A stretch of DNA of 64,000 nucleotides from Amphiscolops sp. MND2022 (taxonomy: Eukaryota). Shown here piece after piece: positions 10,381 through 25,300 of the stretch. The first letter of the stretch is position 1; each line of letters begins with the position of its first letter. Under the pieces are notes generated by a model that saw only the letters and a program-made list of their open reading frames with translations, searched no databases and had not been told where the DNA came from. Position numbers and translations under genes: made by a program. The stretch covers positions 72,232,001 through 72,296,000 of the forward strand of contig OZ076409.1 of NCBI GenBank assembly GCA_964187785.1, written 5' to 3'.

Positions 10381-13300
10381 GTGCGGGGGGGTAACCCCAA
10401 CAAATATATTGGAGGATTCGGGTAGGGTCCTGAATCCGATTTTAACTCTAATAGCTATCGATAGGAAATCTTGCAAAAATTTCGGGATCTCGTGATCTAA
10501 CCATAGGATTTTAAAGTTGGAGCGGCCCCCACCAGATTTTCCGAAAATTAGCGCCCCCCACCGGGTTCCAGCGTGATTGAAATATTTTGACGGGGTACAC
10601 GGGCGACCGTTAGGGGTCATTTTGTGGGTAAAATTTATAAAAGTTCGCATAACTTTTTTCCTGTTGGTTTAAAACTTTAGGACCCTGCTAAAAGTTTCTT
10701 GACCGTATTGCAAGGGCTCCGGAGGTCCAAACCAAATTTTTCTATCTTGAAGCTATCTCCAAGTACCCCCCCGCTCAAACCGTTATTTTTCCGGAAACGC
10801 AGGTTTTTGACCCGGAAGGAGTCGTCTGAGCGCGGGGTCATTAGGTGATGTATTGGGGACAGCCTTGAGACGAAGTGGGGGACATGTAGTTTGCCAACCT
10901 CAGTTTACCCCCCGGACGGGAAATGACCGTTATATGAGCGGCAAAAATGTCCCCCTCCACGTTTTACCGCTATTTCCGGTGTGATGGAGTGGGAGTAGCG
11001 CGTCGGGTGCCATATATCAAAAGTAGGTTTAGACAAGGATCTATCGGAAACATGTGGTTTGGGACCCCCTGGACCAACCCGTTAGCAGGAAATGGGGCTT
11101 CCGGCCCGTTTTTTTACGGTTAAAAACGGAAAATGGGCATTGAGGGGTAAATATCTCGTGAACGCGTGGAGCTACGGTGTCCTTCACTACTACAAGGTTT
11201 CATACCCATGATATGGTGCGTTCAGGGGGGCAAACAGATTTCCGCTATCTATCACCGTTACGGACTTGGCCCCCCAGCCTAACCGCTAAGTGACCGGAAA
11301 TGTCATATTTTGAGCCCAAAGGGTCGGTCCCAGCCAGGGAACGTTAGGTAACTTATTGTAGTACTCATTGAGACGAGTTGGGGAACATAGTTTCAGTCAC
11401 CCCTCGTTACCCCTTGGGACCAGAAATGACCGTTATGTGAGTAAATTTGCCGTTTTTGTCCTACTTGAAGGGCATTTAGATGCGGAATGAGTGGTAATAG
11501 GTGCTTGGACACTATATGAAGGAAGGGAGGATATGAGGCGAGCATTCACAAATAACCGTTATGTTGACCCTAAAGTCCCCCTGGTACCGTAAACGACCGG
11601 AAATGGTCAAATTTTCTGTTTATAGGGTACAAATGTTTGGTATTTTGTAGATAAAAGTATCTATTAGGTGTTTCGACGGTCTGCAGTAGTGAACATAGTC
11701 ATGAAACCTTGTGGGGGGTAACGGTATATAGCACCGGAAGTCCAAACCGTTGGAGACAGGATAGGTTTTTTGGTTTTAAAATGTCTTTCGGCGTACTTTT
11801 GTCGACTATTAAGGACTACTTTTAAAAATTAAAGTTTTTCCATATAGTTTTAGAGACTCCGAAACCTCAACCAACATAACCGTTACCTCATGATAGCCTT
11901 TCAAGTTGGCCTGGTGTCAACTTGGAAGGGCTATCCTTCAAAAATCGTCAATCAAGTATGTTTTTGGGTATGTTTGTATCATTTTAGAATCAAATAGAGC
12001 TTCAAGAAAAGTTTGCCAACGACAAAAACTATGTCGTGATGATTCCGTTATTAGAATAATAGTTAGCAAATTGTTGAGAAAATTGATTTTTTCCATATAA
12101 AATGTGTCCTAAATGCCAGGAAACTTATTTAACTAACAAATGGTATTGATTGGAATGTATGTAACAGAGTTATAAAAGTTCAAATTGATTATTACGTTTC
12201 ATTATGGAAGCTGAAACGTAATATTTTAGTTTAATTATCGTCAACGCCACACACTTTACATCAACGCCCACCGTCTGTGGGCATGCCGAGGCATGCCCTT
12301 CGACGACGTATGGCAAATCCCTTCTAACGACGCCCGTACATCCCGGGCTAGGTGCGGGGGGGAAACCCCATCCCTTATCTTGGAGGATTCGGGTAGGGTC
12401 CTGAATCCGAGTTCAGTGCCGCCAGCTCTCAGTAGAAATCTGGGAAATTTTTTGCGATCTCGTGATCTAACCATAGGATTTTAAAGTTGGAGCGGCCCCC
12501 ACCAGATTTTCCAAAGTTATTCGCCCCCCACCGGGTTCCAGCGTGATTGAAATATTCTGACGGGGTACACGGGCGACCGTTAGGGGTCATTTTGGGGGTA
12601 AAATTTATATCCGGTCGCATAACTTTTTTCCTGTTGGTTTAAAACTTTGGGACCCTGCTAAAAGTTTCTTGACCGTGTTGCAGGGGCCCCGGAGGTCCAA
12701 ACCAAATTTTTCTATCTTGAAGCTATCTCCAAGTACCCCCCCGCCCAAAACGTTATTTTTCCGGAAACGCAGGTTTTTGACCCGGAAGGAGTCGTCGGAG
12801 CGCGGGGTCGTTAGGTGATGTATTGGGGACGGCCTTGAGACGAAGCGGGGGACATGTAGTTTGCCGACCCCAGTTTACCCCCCGGACGGGAAATGACCGT
12901 TATTTGAGCGGGAAAAATGCCCCCCTCCACGTTTTACCGCTATTTCCGGTGTGAAGGAGTGGGAGTAGCGCGTCGGGTGCCATATATCAAAAGTAGGTTT
13001 CGACAAGGATCTATCGGAAACATGTGGTTTGGGACCCCCTGGACCAACCCGTTAGCAGGAAATGGGGCTTCCGGCCCGTTTTTTTACGGTTAAAAACGGA
13101 AAATGGGCATTGAGGGGTAAATATCTCGTGAACGCGTGGAGCTACGGTGTCCATCACTACTACAAGGTTTCATACCCATGATATGGTGCCTTCAGGGGGG
13201 CAAACAGATTTCCGCTATCTATCACCGTTACCGACTTGGCCCCCCAGCCTAACCGCTATGTGACCGGAAATGTCACTTTTTGAGCCCAAAGGGTCGGTCC

Positions 13301-16300
13301 CACCCGGGGAACGTTAGGTAACTTATTGTAGTACTCAATGAGACGAGTTGGGGGACATAGTTTCAGTCACCCCCCGTTACCCCTTGGGACCGGAAATGAC
13401 CGTTATGTGAGTAAATTTGCCATTTTTGTCCTATTTGAAGGGCATTTAGACGCGGAAGGAGTGGTAACAGGTGCTTGGACACTATATGAGGTAAGGGAGG
13501 ACGTGAGGCGAGCATTCGGACATAACCGTTATGTTGACCCTAAAGTCCCCCTGGTACCGTAAACGACCGGAAATGGTCAAATTTTGTATTTTTAGGGTAC
13601 AAATGTTTGGTATTTTATGGAATAAAGTACATGGAAGGTGTTTCAAAGGCATCCAGAAATGAACATAGTCATGAAACCTTGAGGGGGGTAACGGTATATA
13701 ACACCGGAAGTCCAAGCCGTTGGACACAGTATAGGTTTTTGGGTTTTAAAATGCTTATGAACGTACATTTGTGGGTTGAATTGTTCTAATATTGACTATT
13801 TTCGATATTTTTTGACATTAAAGGTTTTTCCAATAGTTTCAGGGACCTCCAAAGCTTCAATCAACATAACCTTTACATTATGATAGCCTTTCAAGTTGGC
13901 CTGGTGTCAACTTGGAAGGGCTATCCTTCACAAATCGTATATCAAGTGTGTTTTTGAGTAGGTTTTTATCACTTTAGTATCAATTAGAGCTTAATCATTA
14001 GTTTGCCAACGACAAAAACCATGTCGTGATGATTCCGTTAGTAGAAGAATAGTTAACAACTTGTTGACAAAGTTGATTTTTTGCATTTAAAATGTTTCCT
14101 AAATGCCAGGAAAACGATTTACGTTATAAATGGTACTGATTGACCCAAATAACAGTTAAAAAAAGTTAAACATTATTTTTTCGTTTCATTATAGAAGCTG
14201 AAACCTCACGTTTTAACTTAATTAACGTCAACGCCACATACTTTACATCAACGCCCACCGTCTGTGGGCATGCCGAGGCATGCCCTTCGACGACGTATAC
14301 CAAAATCCAATATATCTACACCCACCCGCGGTAGCAGCTAGGTGCGGGGGGGTAACCCCAACAAATATATTGGAGGATTCGGGTAGGGTCCTGAATCCGA
14401 TTTTAACTCTAATAGCTATCGATAGGAAATCTTGCAAAAATTTCGGGATCTCGTGATCTAACCATAGGATTTTAAAGTTGGAGCGGCCCCCACCAGATTT
14501 TCCGAAAATTAGCGCCCCCCACCGGGTTCCAGCGTGATTGAAATATTTTGTCGGGGTACACGGGCGACCGTTAGGGGTCATTTTGGGGGTAAAATTTATA
14601 AAAGTTCGCATAACTTTTTTCCTGTTGGTTTAAAACTTTAGGACCCTGCTAAAAGTTTCTTGACCATGTTGCAGGGGCCCCGGAGGTCCAAACCAAATTT
14701 TTCTATCTTGAAGCTATCTCCAAGTACCCCCCCGCCCAAACCGTTATTTTTCCGGAAATGCCGGTTTTTGACCCGGAAGGAGTCGTCTGAGCGCGGGATC
14801 GTTAGGTGATGTTTTGGGGACGGCCTCGAGACGAAGCGGGGGATATATAGTTTGCCGACCCCAGTTTACCCCCCGCACGGGAAATGACCGTTATATGAGC
14901 GGGAAAAATGCCCCCCTCCACGTTTTACCGCTATTTCCGGTGTGAAGGAGTGGGAGTAGCTCGTCGGGTGTTATATAACAAAAGTAGGTTTAGACAAGGA
15001 CCTATCGTAAACATGTAGTTTGGGACCCCCTGGTCCAACCCGTTAGCGGGAAATGGGGCTTCCGCCTCCTTTTTTTACTGCTAAAACCGTAAAATGGGCA
15101 TTGAGGGGTAATTATCTCGTGAACGCGTGGAGCAATCGTGTCCATCACTACTACAAGGTTTCATAACCATGATATGGTGCCTTCAGGGGGGCCAACAGAT
15201 TTCCGCTATCTATCACCGTTACCGACTTGGCCCCCCAGCCTAACCGCTATGTGACCGGAAATGTCACTTTTTGAGCCCAAAGGGTCGGTCCCAGCCGGGG
15301 AACGTTAGGTAACTTATTGTAGTACTCAATGAGACGAGTTGGGGGATATAGTTTCAGTCACCCCCCGTTACCCCTTGGGACCGGAAATGACCGTTATGTG
15401 GGTAAAATCGCAATTTTTATACTTTTTCAAGTGTATTTAGGTGCGGAAGGCGTGGTAATAGGTGCTTTGACACTATATGATGATAGGGAGGACGTGAGGC
15501 GAGCATTCGGAAATAACCGTTATGTTGACCCTAAAGTCCCCCTGGTACCGTAAACGACCGGAAATGGTCAAATTTTGTGTCAATTGGGTACAAATGTTTG
15601 GTATTTTGTAAATAAAAGTATCTATTAGGTGTTTCGACGGTCTGCATTAGTGAACATAGTCATGAAACCTTGTGGGGGGTAACGGTATATAGCACCGGAA
15701 GTCCAAACCGTTGGAGACAGGATAGGTTTTTTGGTTTTAAAATGTCTTTCGGCGTACTTTTGTCGACTATTAAGGACTACTTTTAAAAATTAAAGTTTTT
15801 CCATATAGTTTTAGAGACTCCGAAACCTCAACCAACATAACCGTTACCTCATGATAGCCTTTCAAGTTGGCCTGGTGTCAACTTGGAAGGGCTATCCTTC
15901 TAAAATCGTTAATCAAGAGTGTTTTTGGGTAGGTATAAATTGCATTAGTACCAATTAGAGCTTCATCAACAGTGTACCAACGACAAAAACTATGTCGTGA
16001 TGATTCCCTTATCAGAATAATAGTTAGCGAATTGTTAAAAAAACTGATTTTTTCCATTTAAAATGTGTCCTAAATGCCAGGAAACCTATTTACTTAAAAA
16101 ATGGTATTAATTGGAATGTATGTAACAGAGTTATAAAAGTTCAAATTGATTATTACGTTTCATTATGGAAGCTGAAACGTAATATTTTAGTTTAATTAAC
16201 GTCAACGCCACATACTTTACATCAACGCCCACCGTCTGTGGGCATGCCGAGGCATGCCCTTCGACGACGTATACCAAATACATACCTAACGACGCCCGTA

Positions 16301-19300
16301 CATCCCGGGCTAGGTGCGGGGGGGAAACCCCATCCCTTATCTTGGAGGATTCGGGTAGGGTCCTGAATCCGAGTTCAGTGCCGCCAGCTCTCAGTAGAAA
16401 TCTGGGCATTTTTTTGCGATCTCGTGATCTAACCATAGGATTTTAAAGTTGGAGCGGCCCCCACCAGATTTTCCAAAGTTATTCGCCCCCCACCGGGTTC
16501 CAGCGTGATTGAAATATTTTGTCGGGGTACACGGGCGACCGTTAGGGGTCATTTTAGGGGTAAAATTTATATAATGTCGCATAACTTTTTTCCTGTTGGA
16601 TTAAAACTTTGGGACCCTGCTAAAAGTTTCTTGACCGTGTTGCGGTGGCTCCGGAGGTCCAAACCAAATTTTTCTATCTTGAAGCTATCTCCAAGTACCC
16701 CCCCGCCCAAACCGTTATTTTTCCGGAAACGCCGGTTTTTGACCCGGAAGGAGTCGTCTGAGCGCGGGGTCGTTAGGGGATGTTTTGGGGACGGCCTCGA
16801 GACGAAGCGGGGGATATATAGTTTGCCGACCCCAGTTTACCCCCCGCACGGGAAATGACCGTTATATGAGCGGGAAAAATGCCCCCCTCCACGTTTTACC
16901 GCTATTTCCGGTGTGAAGGGGTGGGAGTAGCGCGTCGGGTGTTATATATCAAAAGTAGGTTTAGACAAGGATCTATCGGAAACATGTGGTTTGGGACCCC
17001 CTGGACCAACCCGTTAGCAGGAAATGGGGCTTCCGCCTCCTTTTTTTACTGCTAAAACCGTAAAATGGGCATTGAGGGGTAAATATCTCGTGAACGCGTG
17101 GAGCAATCGTGTCCATCACTACTACAAGGTTTCATACCCATGATATGGTGCCTTCAGGGGGGCAAACAGATTTCCGCTATCTATCACCGTTACCGACTTG
17201 GCCCCCCAGCCTAACCGCTATGTGACCGGAAATGTCACTTTTTGAGCCCAAAGGGTCGGTCCCAGCCGGGGAACGTTAGGTAACTTATTGTAGTACTCAA
17301 TGAGACGAGTTGGGGGATATAGTTTCAGTCACCCCCCGTTACCCCTTAAGACCGGAAATGACCGTTATGTGAGTAAATTTGCCGTTTTTGTCCTATTTGA
17401 AGGGCATTTAGATGCGGAAGGAGTGGTAATAGGTGCTTGGACACTATATGAGGTAAGGGAGGATATGAGGCGAGCATTCGGAAATAACCGTTATGTTGAC
17501 CCCAAAGTCCCCCTGGTACCGTAAACGACCGGAAATGGTCAAATTTTCTGTTTATAGGGTACAAATGTTTGGTATTTTGTAGATAAAAGTATCTATTAGG
17601 TGTTTCAAAGGCCTCCAGAAGTGAACATCGTCATGAAACCTTGTGGGGGGTAACGGTATATAACACCGGAAGTCCAAACCGTTGGTCACAGAATAGGTTT
17701 TTTGGTTTCAAAATGTCTTTAGGCGTAGTTTTATGGGTTGAATCGTCATAATATCAACTATTACGGACATTTTTCGGAAAAAAAATTTTTTCACATTAGT
17801 TTCAGAGACCTCCAATGCTTCAGTCAACATAACCGTTACATTTTGATAGCCTTTCAAGTTGGCCTGGCGTCAACTTGGAAGGGCTATCCTTCTAAAATCG
17901 TTAATCAAGAGTGTTTTTGGGTAGGTATATGTTGCATTAGTACCAATTAGAGCTTCATCAACAGTTTGCCAACGGCAAAAACGATGTCGTGATAATTCCG
18001 TTATAAGAATATTAATTAAAAAATTGTTTACAAAGTTGATTTTTTTCATTTAAAATGTGTCCTAATGCCACCAAATTGAATAAAATAATAAATGGTATTG
18101 ACTAAAACTAAATAACATTGAAAAAGAAGATCAACATTTTTATTAGGTCTCATTATGGAAGCTGAAACCTCACGTTTTAACTTGATTAACGTCAACGCCA
18201 CATACTTTACATCAACGCCCACCGTCTGTGGGCATGCCGAGGCATGCCCTTCGACGACGTATACCAAACAACCTCCATATCTACACCCGATTGCGGTAGC
18301 AGCTAGGTGCGGGGGGGTAACCCCTACAAAGATATTGGAGGATTCGGGTAGGGTCCTGAATCCGATTTTAACTCTAATAGCTATCGATAGGAAATCGTGC
18401 AAAAATTTCGGGATCTCGTGATCTAACCATAGGATTTTAAAGTTGGAGCGGCCCCCACCAGATTTTCCAAAGTTATTCGCCCCCCACCGGGTTCCAGCGT
18501 GATTGAAATATTTTGACGGGGTACACGGGCGACCGTTAGGGGTCATTTTGGGGGTAAAATTTATATCCGGTCGCATAACTTTTTTCCTGTTGGATTAAAA
18601 CTTTGGGACCCTGCTAAAAGTTTCTTGACCGTGTTGCGGGGGCTCCGGAGGTCCAAACCAAATTTTTCTATCTTGAAGCTATCTCCAAGTACCCCCCCGC
18701 CCAAACCGTTATTTTTCCGGAAACGCAGGTTTTTGACCCGGAAGGAGTCGTCTGAGCGCGGGGTCGTTAGGTGATGTATTGGGGACGGCCTTGAGACGAA
18801 GCGGGGGATATATAGTTTGCCGACCCCAGTTCACCCCCCGGACGGGAAATGACCGTTATATGAGCGGGAAAAATGCCCCCCTCCACGTTTTACCGCTATT
18901 TCCGGTGTGAAGGAGTGGGAGTAGCGCTTCGGGAGCCATATATCAAAAATAAGTTTAGACAAGGACCTATCGGAAACATGTAGTTTGGGACCCCCTGGAC
19001 CAACCCGTTAGCGGGAAATGGGGCTTCCGCCTCCTTTTTTTACTGCTAAAACCGTAAAATGGGCATTGAGGGGTAAATATCTCGTGAACGCGTGGAGCAA
19101 TCGTGTCCATCACTACTACAAGGTTTCATACCCATGATATGGTGCCTTCAGGGGGGCAAACAGATTTCCGCTATCTATCACCGTTACCGACTTGGCCCCC
19201 CAGCCTAACCGCTATGTGACCGGAAATGTCACTTTTTGGGCCCAAAGGGTCGGTCCCAGCCGGGGAACGGTAGGTAACTTATTGTAGTACTCAATGAGAC

Positions 19301-22300
19301 GAGATGGGGGACATAGTTTCAGTCACCCCCCGTTACCCCTTGGGACCGGAAATGACCGTTATGAGGGTAAATTTGCATTTTTTATACTCTTTGAAGTGCA
19401 TTTTTGTGCGGGAGGAGTGGTAATAGGTGCTTGGACACTATATGAGGTAAGGGAGGACGTGAGGCGAACATTCGGAAATAACCGTTATGTTGACCCTAAA
19501 GTACCCCTGGTACCGTAAACGACCGGAAATGGTCAAATTTTGCGTCTATTGGGTACAAATGTTTGGTATTTTGTAGATAAAAGTATCTATTAGGTGTTTC
19601 GACGGTCTGCAGTAGTGAACGTAGTCATGAAACCTTGTGGGGGGTAACGGTATATAGCACCGGAAGTCCAAACCGTTGGACACAGGATATGTTTTTGGTT
19701 TGAAAAGGTCTTTCGGTGTACTTTTGTCGACTATTATGGACTATGTTTAAAAATTACAGTTTTTCCATATAGTTTCAGAGACTCCGAAACCTCAATCAAC
19801 ATAACCGTTACCTTTCGATAGCCTTTCAAGTTGGCCTGGTGTCAACTTGGAAGCGCTATCCTTCTAAAATCGTTATTCAAGAGTGTTTTTGGGTAGGTAT
19901 ATTTTGCATTAGTACCAATTAGAGCTTCATCAACAGTGTATCAACGACAAAAACTAAGCCGTCATGATTCCGTTATTAGAATAATAGTGAGCTAATTGTT
20001 GACAAAAATAATTTTTTCCATACAAAATGTGTCCTAAATGCCAGGAAACCTATTTACCTAACAAATGGTATTGATTGGAATGTATGTAACAGATTTATAA
20101 AAATTCAAATTGAATATTACGTTTCATTATGGAAGCTGAAACGTCATATTTCAGTTTAATTAACGTCCACGCCACATACTTTACATCAACGCCCACCGTC
20201 TGTGGGCATGCCGAGGCATGCCCTTCGACGACGTATACCAAATACATACCCAAACGACGCCCGTACATGCCGGGCTAGGTGCGGGGGGGTAACCCCAACA
20301 AATATATTGGAGGATTCGGGTAGGGTCCTGAATCCGATCTTAGTGCCGCCAGCTATCGTTAAAAACCTATACCTTTTAAACCCGATCTCGGGAACTAACC
20401 ACGCCCCTTCTTTAATTTTTTGGCCCCCACTCACTTTTTGAGAGTAGATCGCCCCCCATTGGGTTCGATGTTGGGCAAAAATGGAGATCATGGGTAACGG
20501 GGACCGTTAAGGGGTAACTCAGGGGGTAAAATTTTTTTTTTGCGTCATATCTTTTCCCCCCGTGGATTTAGCGCTTCCGGTCAGCAGACAAAACCTCATG
20601 TACGTGATACGGGGCCTCCATAGGTCCAAACAAAATTTTTCTATCATGCACCGTTACGGACTTGCCCCCCCGGCCCAACCGTTATTTTACCGGAAATTGC
20701 CTTTTTTGACAGGGAAGGAGTCGTCTGAGCACGGAGTCGTTTGGTAATGTTTTGTAGTGCATCTGGAGATGTGTTGGGGGACGTGTAGTTTGCCGACCCC
20801 AGTTTACCCCTCGGACGGGAAATGACCGTTATGTGAGTTTTAAAAATGCCCCCCTTCAATTTTCCCCGCAATTTCCGGTGTGAAGGAGTGGGAGTAGCGT
20901 GTCGGGTACCATATATCTAAAGTACGTTTAGACAAGGACCAACCGGAAACATGTGGTTTCGGACCCCCTGACCCAACCCGTTAGCCGCTATTAGGGTGAT
21001 CGCCTCCTTTTTTTGCTGTTAAAACCGGAAAACGGGCATTGAGGGGTAAATATCTCGTGAACGCGTGGAGCAATCGTGTCCATCACTACTACAAGGTTTC
21101 ATACCCATGATATGGTGCCTTCAGGGGGGCAAACAGATTACCGCTATCTATCACCGTTACCGACTTGGCCCCCCAGCCTAACCGCTATGTGACCGGAAAT
21201 TGCACTTTTTGAGCCCAAAGGGTCGATCCTAGCCGGGCAACGTTAGGTAACATATTGTAGTACTCATTGAGACGAGTTGGGGGATCTAGTTTCAGTCACC
21301 CCCCGTTACCCCTTGAGACCGGAAATGACCGTTATGTGAGTAGAATTGCAATTTTTATACCTTTTGAAGGGCATTTAGGTGCTGAAGGAATGGTAATAGG
21401 TGCTTGGACACTATATGATGTAATGGAGGTCGTGAGGAGAGCATTCGGAAGTAACCGTTACGTTGACCCCAAAGTCCCCCTGGTACCGTTAAAAACCGGA
21501 AATGGCCAAATTTTGTGTTTATAGGGTACAAATGTTTGGTATTTTATGGATAAAAGTACCTGGAAGGTGTTTTAAAGGCCTCCAGAAGTGAACATAGTCA
21601 TGAAACTATGTGGGGGGTAACGGTATATAGCACCGGAAGTCCAAACCGTTAGTTACAGAATAGGTTTTTTGGTTTCAAAATGTCTTTAGGCGTAGTTTTG
21701 TGGGTTGAATCGTCATAATATCAACTAATACGGACTTTTTTCGGAAATAAAATTTTTTCACATTAGTTTCAGGGACCTCCAATGTTTCAGTCAACATAAC
21801 CGTTACATTTTGATAGCCTTTCAAGTTGGCCTGGTGTCAACTTGGAAGGGCTATCCTTCTAAAATCATTAATCAAGAGTGTATTTGGGTAGGTATATATT
21901 GCATTAGTACCAATTAGAGCTTCATCAACAGTTTGCCAACGGAAAAAACGATGTCGTGATAATTCCGTTATAAGAATATTAAAGAACAAATTGTTTCCAA
22001 AGTTGATTTTTTCCATTCGAAATGTGTCCTAATGCCACCAAATTGAATAAAATAAAAAATGGTATTGACTAAAACTAAATAACATTGAAAAAGAAGCTCA
22101 ACATTTTTAATAGGTCTCATTATGGAACCTGAAACCTCACGTTTTAACTTAATTAACGTCAACGCCACATACTTTACATCAACGTCCGCCGTCTGTGGGC
22201 ATGCCGAGGCATGCCCTTCGACGACGTATACCAATTACATATATATCTACACCCACCCGCGGTAGCAGCTAGGTGCGGGGGGGAAACCCCATCCTTTATC

Positions 22301-25300
22301 TTGGAGGATTCGGGTAGGGTCCTGAATCCGATTTTAGTTCGCCCAGCTCTCAGTAGAAATCTGGGAAATTTTTTGCGATCTCGTGATCTAACCATAGGAT
22401 TTTAAAGTTGGAGCGGCCCCCACCAGATTTTCCAAAGTTATTCGCCCCCCACCGGGTTCCAGCGTGATTGAAATATTTTGTCGGGGTACACGGGCGACCG
22501 TTAGGGGTCATTTTAGGGGTAAAATTCATATTGGGCCACATAACTTTTTTTCTGTTGATTTAAAACTTTAGGACCCTGCTAAAAGTTTCTTGACCATGTT
22601 GCAGGGGCCCCGGAGGTCCAAACCAAATTTTTCTATCTTGAAGCTATCTCCAAGTACCCCCCCGCCCAAACCGTTATTTTTCCGGAAACGCAGGTTTTTG
22701 ACCCGGAAGGAGTCGTCTGAGCGCGGGGTCGTTAGGTGATGTATTGGGGACGGCGTTGAGACGAAGCGGGGGATTTATAGTTTGCCGACCCCAGTTTACC
22801 CCCCGGACGGGAAATGACCGTTATATGAGCGGGAAAAATGCCCCCTCCACGTTTTACCGCTATTTCCGGTGTGAAGGAGTGGGAGTAGCGCGTCGGGTGT
22901 TATATAACAAAAGTAGGTTTAGACAAGGACCTATCGGAAACATGTAGTTTGGGACCCCCTGGACCAACCCGTTAGCGGGAAATGGGGCTTCCGCCTCCTT
23001 TTTTTACTGCTAAAACCGTAAAATGGGCATTGAGGGGTAAATATCTCGTGAACGCGTGGAGCAATCGTGTCCATCACTACTACAAGGTTTCATACCCATG
23101 ATATGGTGCCTTCAGGGGGGCAAACAGATTTCCGCTATCTATCACCGTTACCGACTTGGCCCCCCAGCCTAACCGCTATGTGACCGGAAATGTCACTTTT
23201 TGAGCCCAAAGGGTCGGTCCCAGCCGGGGAACGTTAGGTACCTTATTGAAGTACTCATTGAGACGAGTTGGGGGATACAGTTTCAGTCACCCCCCGTTAC
23301 CCCTTGGGACCGGAAATGACCGTTATGTGGGTAAAATTGCAATTTTTGTGCTTTTTCGAGGGCATTTAGGTGCGGAAGGAGTGGTAATAGGTGCTTGGAC
23401 ACTATATGATGATAGGGAGGAAGTGAGGCGAGCATTCAAAAATAACCGTTATGTTGACCCCAAAGTCCCCCTGGTACCGGAAGTGACCCGTAACGGTCAA
23501 ATTTTGTGTTTTTAGGGTACAAATGATTAGAATTTTTTGGAAAAAAGTACCTGGTCGGTGTTTCAACGGCTTGCAGTAGTGAACATAGTCATGAAACCTT
23601 GTGGGGGGTAACGGTATATAGCACCGGAAGTCCAAACCGTTGGAGACAGGATAGGTATTTTGGTTTTAAATGCCTATAAGCGTACTTTTGTGGGTTGAAT
23701 TGTTTCAATATCGACTAATTTGGATATTTTTTTGACATTGAAGGTTTTTTCAATAGTTTCAGGGACCTCCAATGCTTCAATCAATATAACCGTTACCTTA
23801 TGATAGCCTTTCAAGTTGGCCTGGTGTCAACTTGGAAGGGCTATCCTTCGAAAATCGTAATTCAAGTGTGTTTTTGAGTACGTTTTTATTACTTTAATAT
23901 CAATTAGAGCCTAATCATTAGTTTGCCAACGACAAAAACTATGACGTGATGATACCGTTAGTAGAAGAATAGTTAACAATTTGTTGACAAAATTGATTTT
24001 TTGCATTTTAAATGTTTCCTAAATGCCAGGAAAACAATTTATCTAATGAATGGTACTGATTGAACCCAAGTATCATTTGAAAAAAAGTTAAACATTGTTT
24101 TTTCGTTTCATTATGGAAGCTGAAACCTCACGTTTTAGGTCACTTAACGTCAACGCCACATACTTTACATCAACGCCCACCGTCTGTGGGCATGCCGAGG
24201 CATGCCCTTCGACGACGTATACCAATTACATATATATCTACACCCACCCGCGGTAGCAGCTAGGTGCGGGGGGGTAACCCCAACAAATATATTGGAGGAT
24301 TCGGGTAGGGTCCTGAATCCGATTTTAACTCTAATAGCTATCGATAGGAAATCTTGCAAAAATTTCGGGATCTCGTGATCTAACCATAGGATTTTAAAGT
24401 TGGAGCGGCCCCCACCAGATTTTCCGAAAATTAGCGCCCCCCACCGGGTTCCAGCGTGATTGAAATATTTTGACGGGGTACACGGGCGACCGTTAGGGGT
24501 CATTTTGGGGGTAAAATTTATATCCGGTCGCATAACTTTTTTTTCTGTTGATTTAAAACTTTGGAACCCTGCTAAAAGTTTCTTGACCGTGTTGCAGGGG
24601 CCCCGAAGGTCCAAACCAAATTTTTCTATCTTGAAGCTATCTCCAAGTACCCCCCCGCTCAAACCGTTATTTTTCCGGAAACGCAGGTTTTTGACCCGGA
24701 AGGAGTCGTCTGAGCGCGGGGTCGTTAGGTGATGTATTGGGGACGGCCTTGAGACGAAGTGGGGGACAAGTAGTTTGCCAACCTCAATTTACCCCCCGGA
24801 CGGGAAATGACCGTTATATGAGCGTGAAAAATGCCCCCCTCCACGTTTTACCGCTATTTCCGGTGTGAAGGAGTGGGAGTAGCGCGTCGGGTGTTATATA
24901 ACAAAAGTAGGTTTAGACAAGGACCTATCGGAAACATGTAGTTTGGGACCCCCTGGACCAACCCGTTAGCGGGAAATGGGGCTTCCGCCTCCTTTTTTTA
25001 GTGCTAAAACCGTAAAATGGGCATTGAGGGGTAAATATCTCGTGAACGCGTGGAGCAATCGTGTCCATCACTACTACAAGGTTTCATACCCATGATATGG
25101 TGCCTTCAGGGGGGCAAACAGATTTCCGCTATCTATCACCGTTACCGACTTGGCCCCCCAGCCTAACCGCTATGTGACCGGAAATGTCACTTTTTGAGCC
25201 CAAAGGGTCGGTCCCAGCCGGGGAACGTCAGGTAACTTATTGTAGTACTCAATGAGACGAGTTGGGGGATATAGTTTCAGTCACCCCCCCTTACCCCTTG

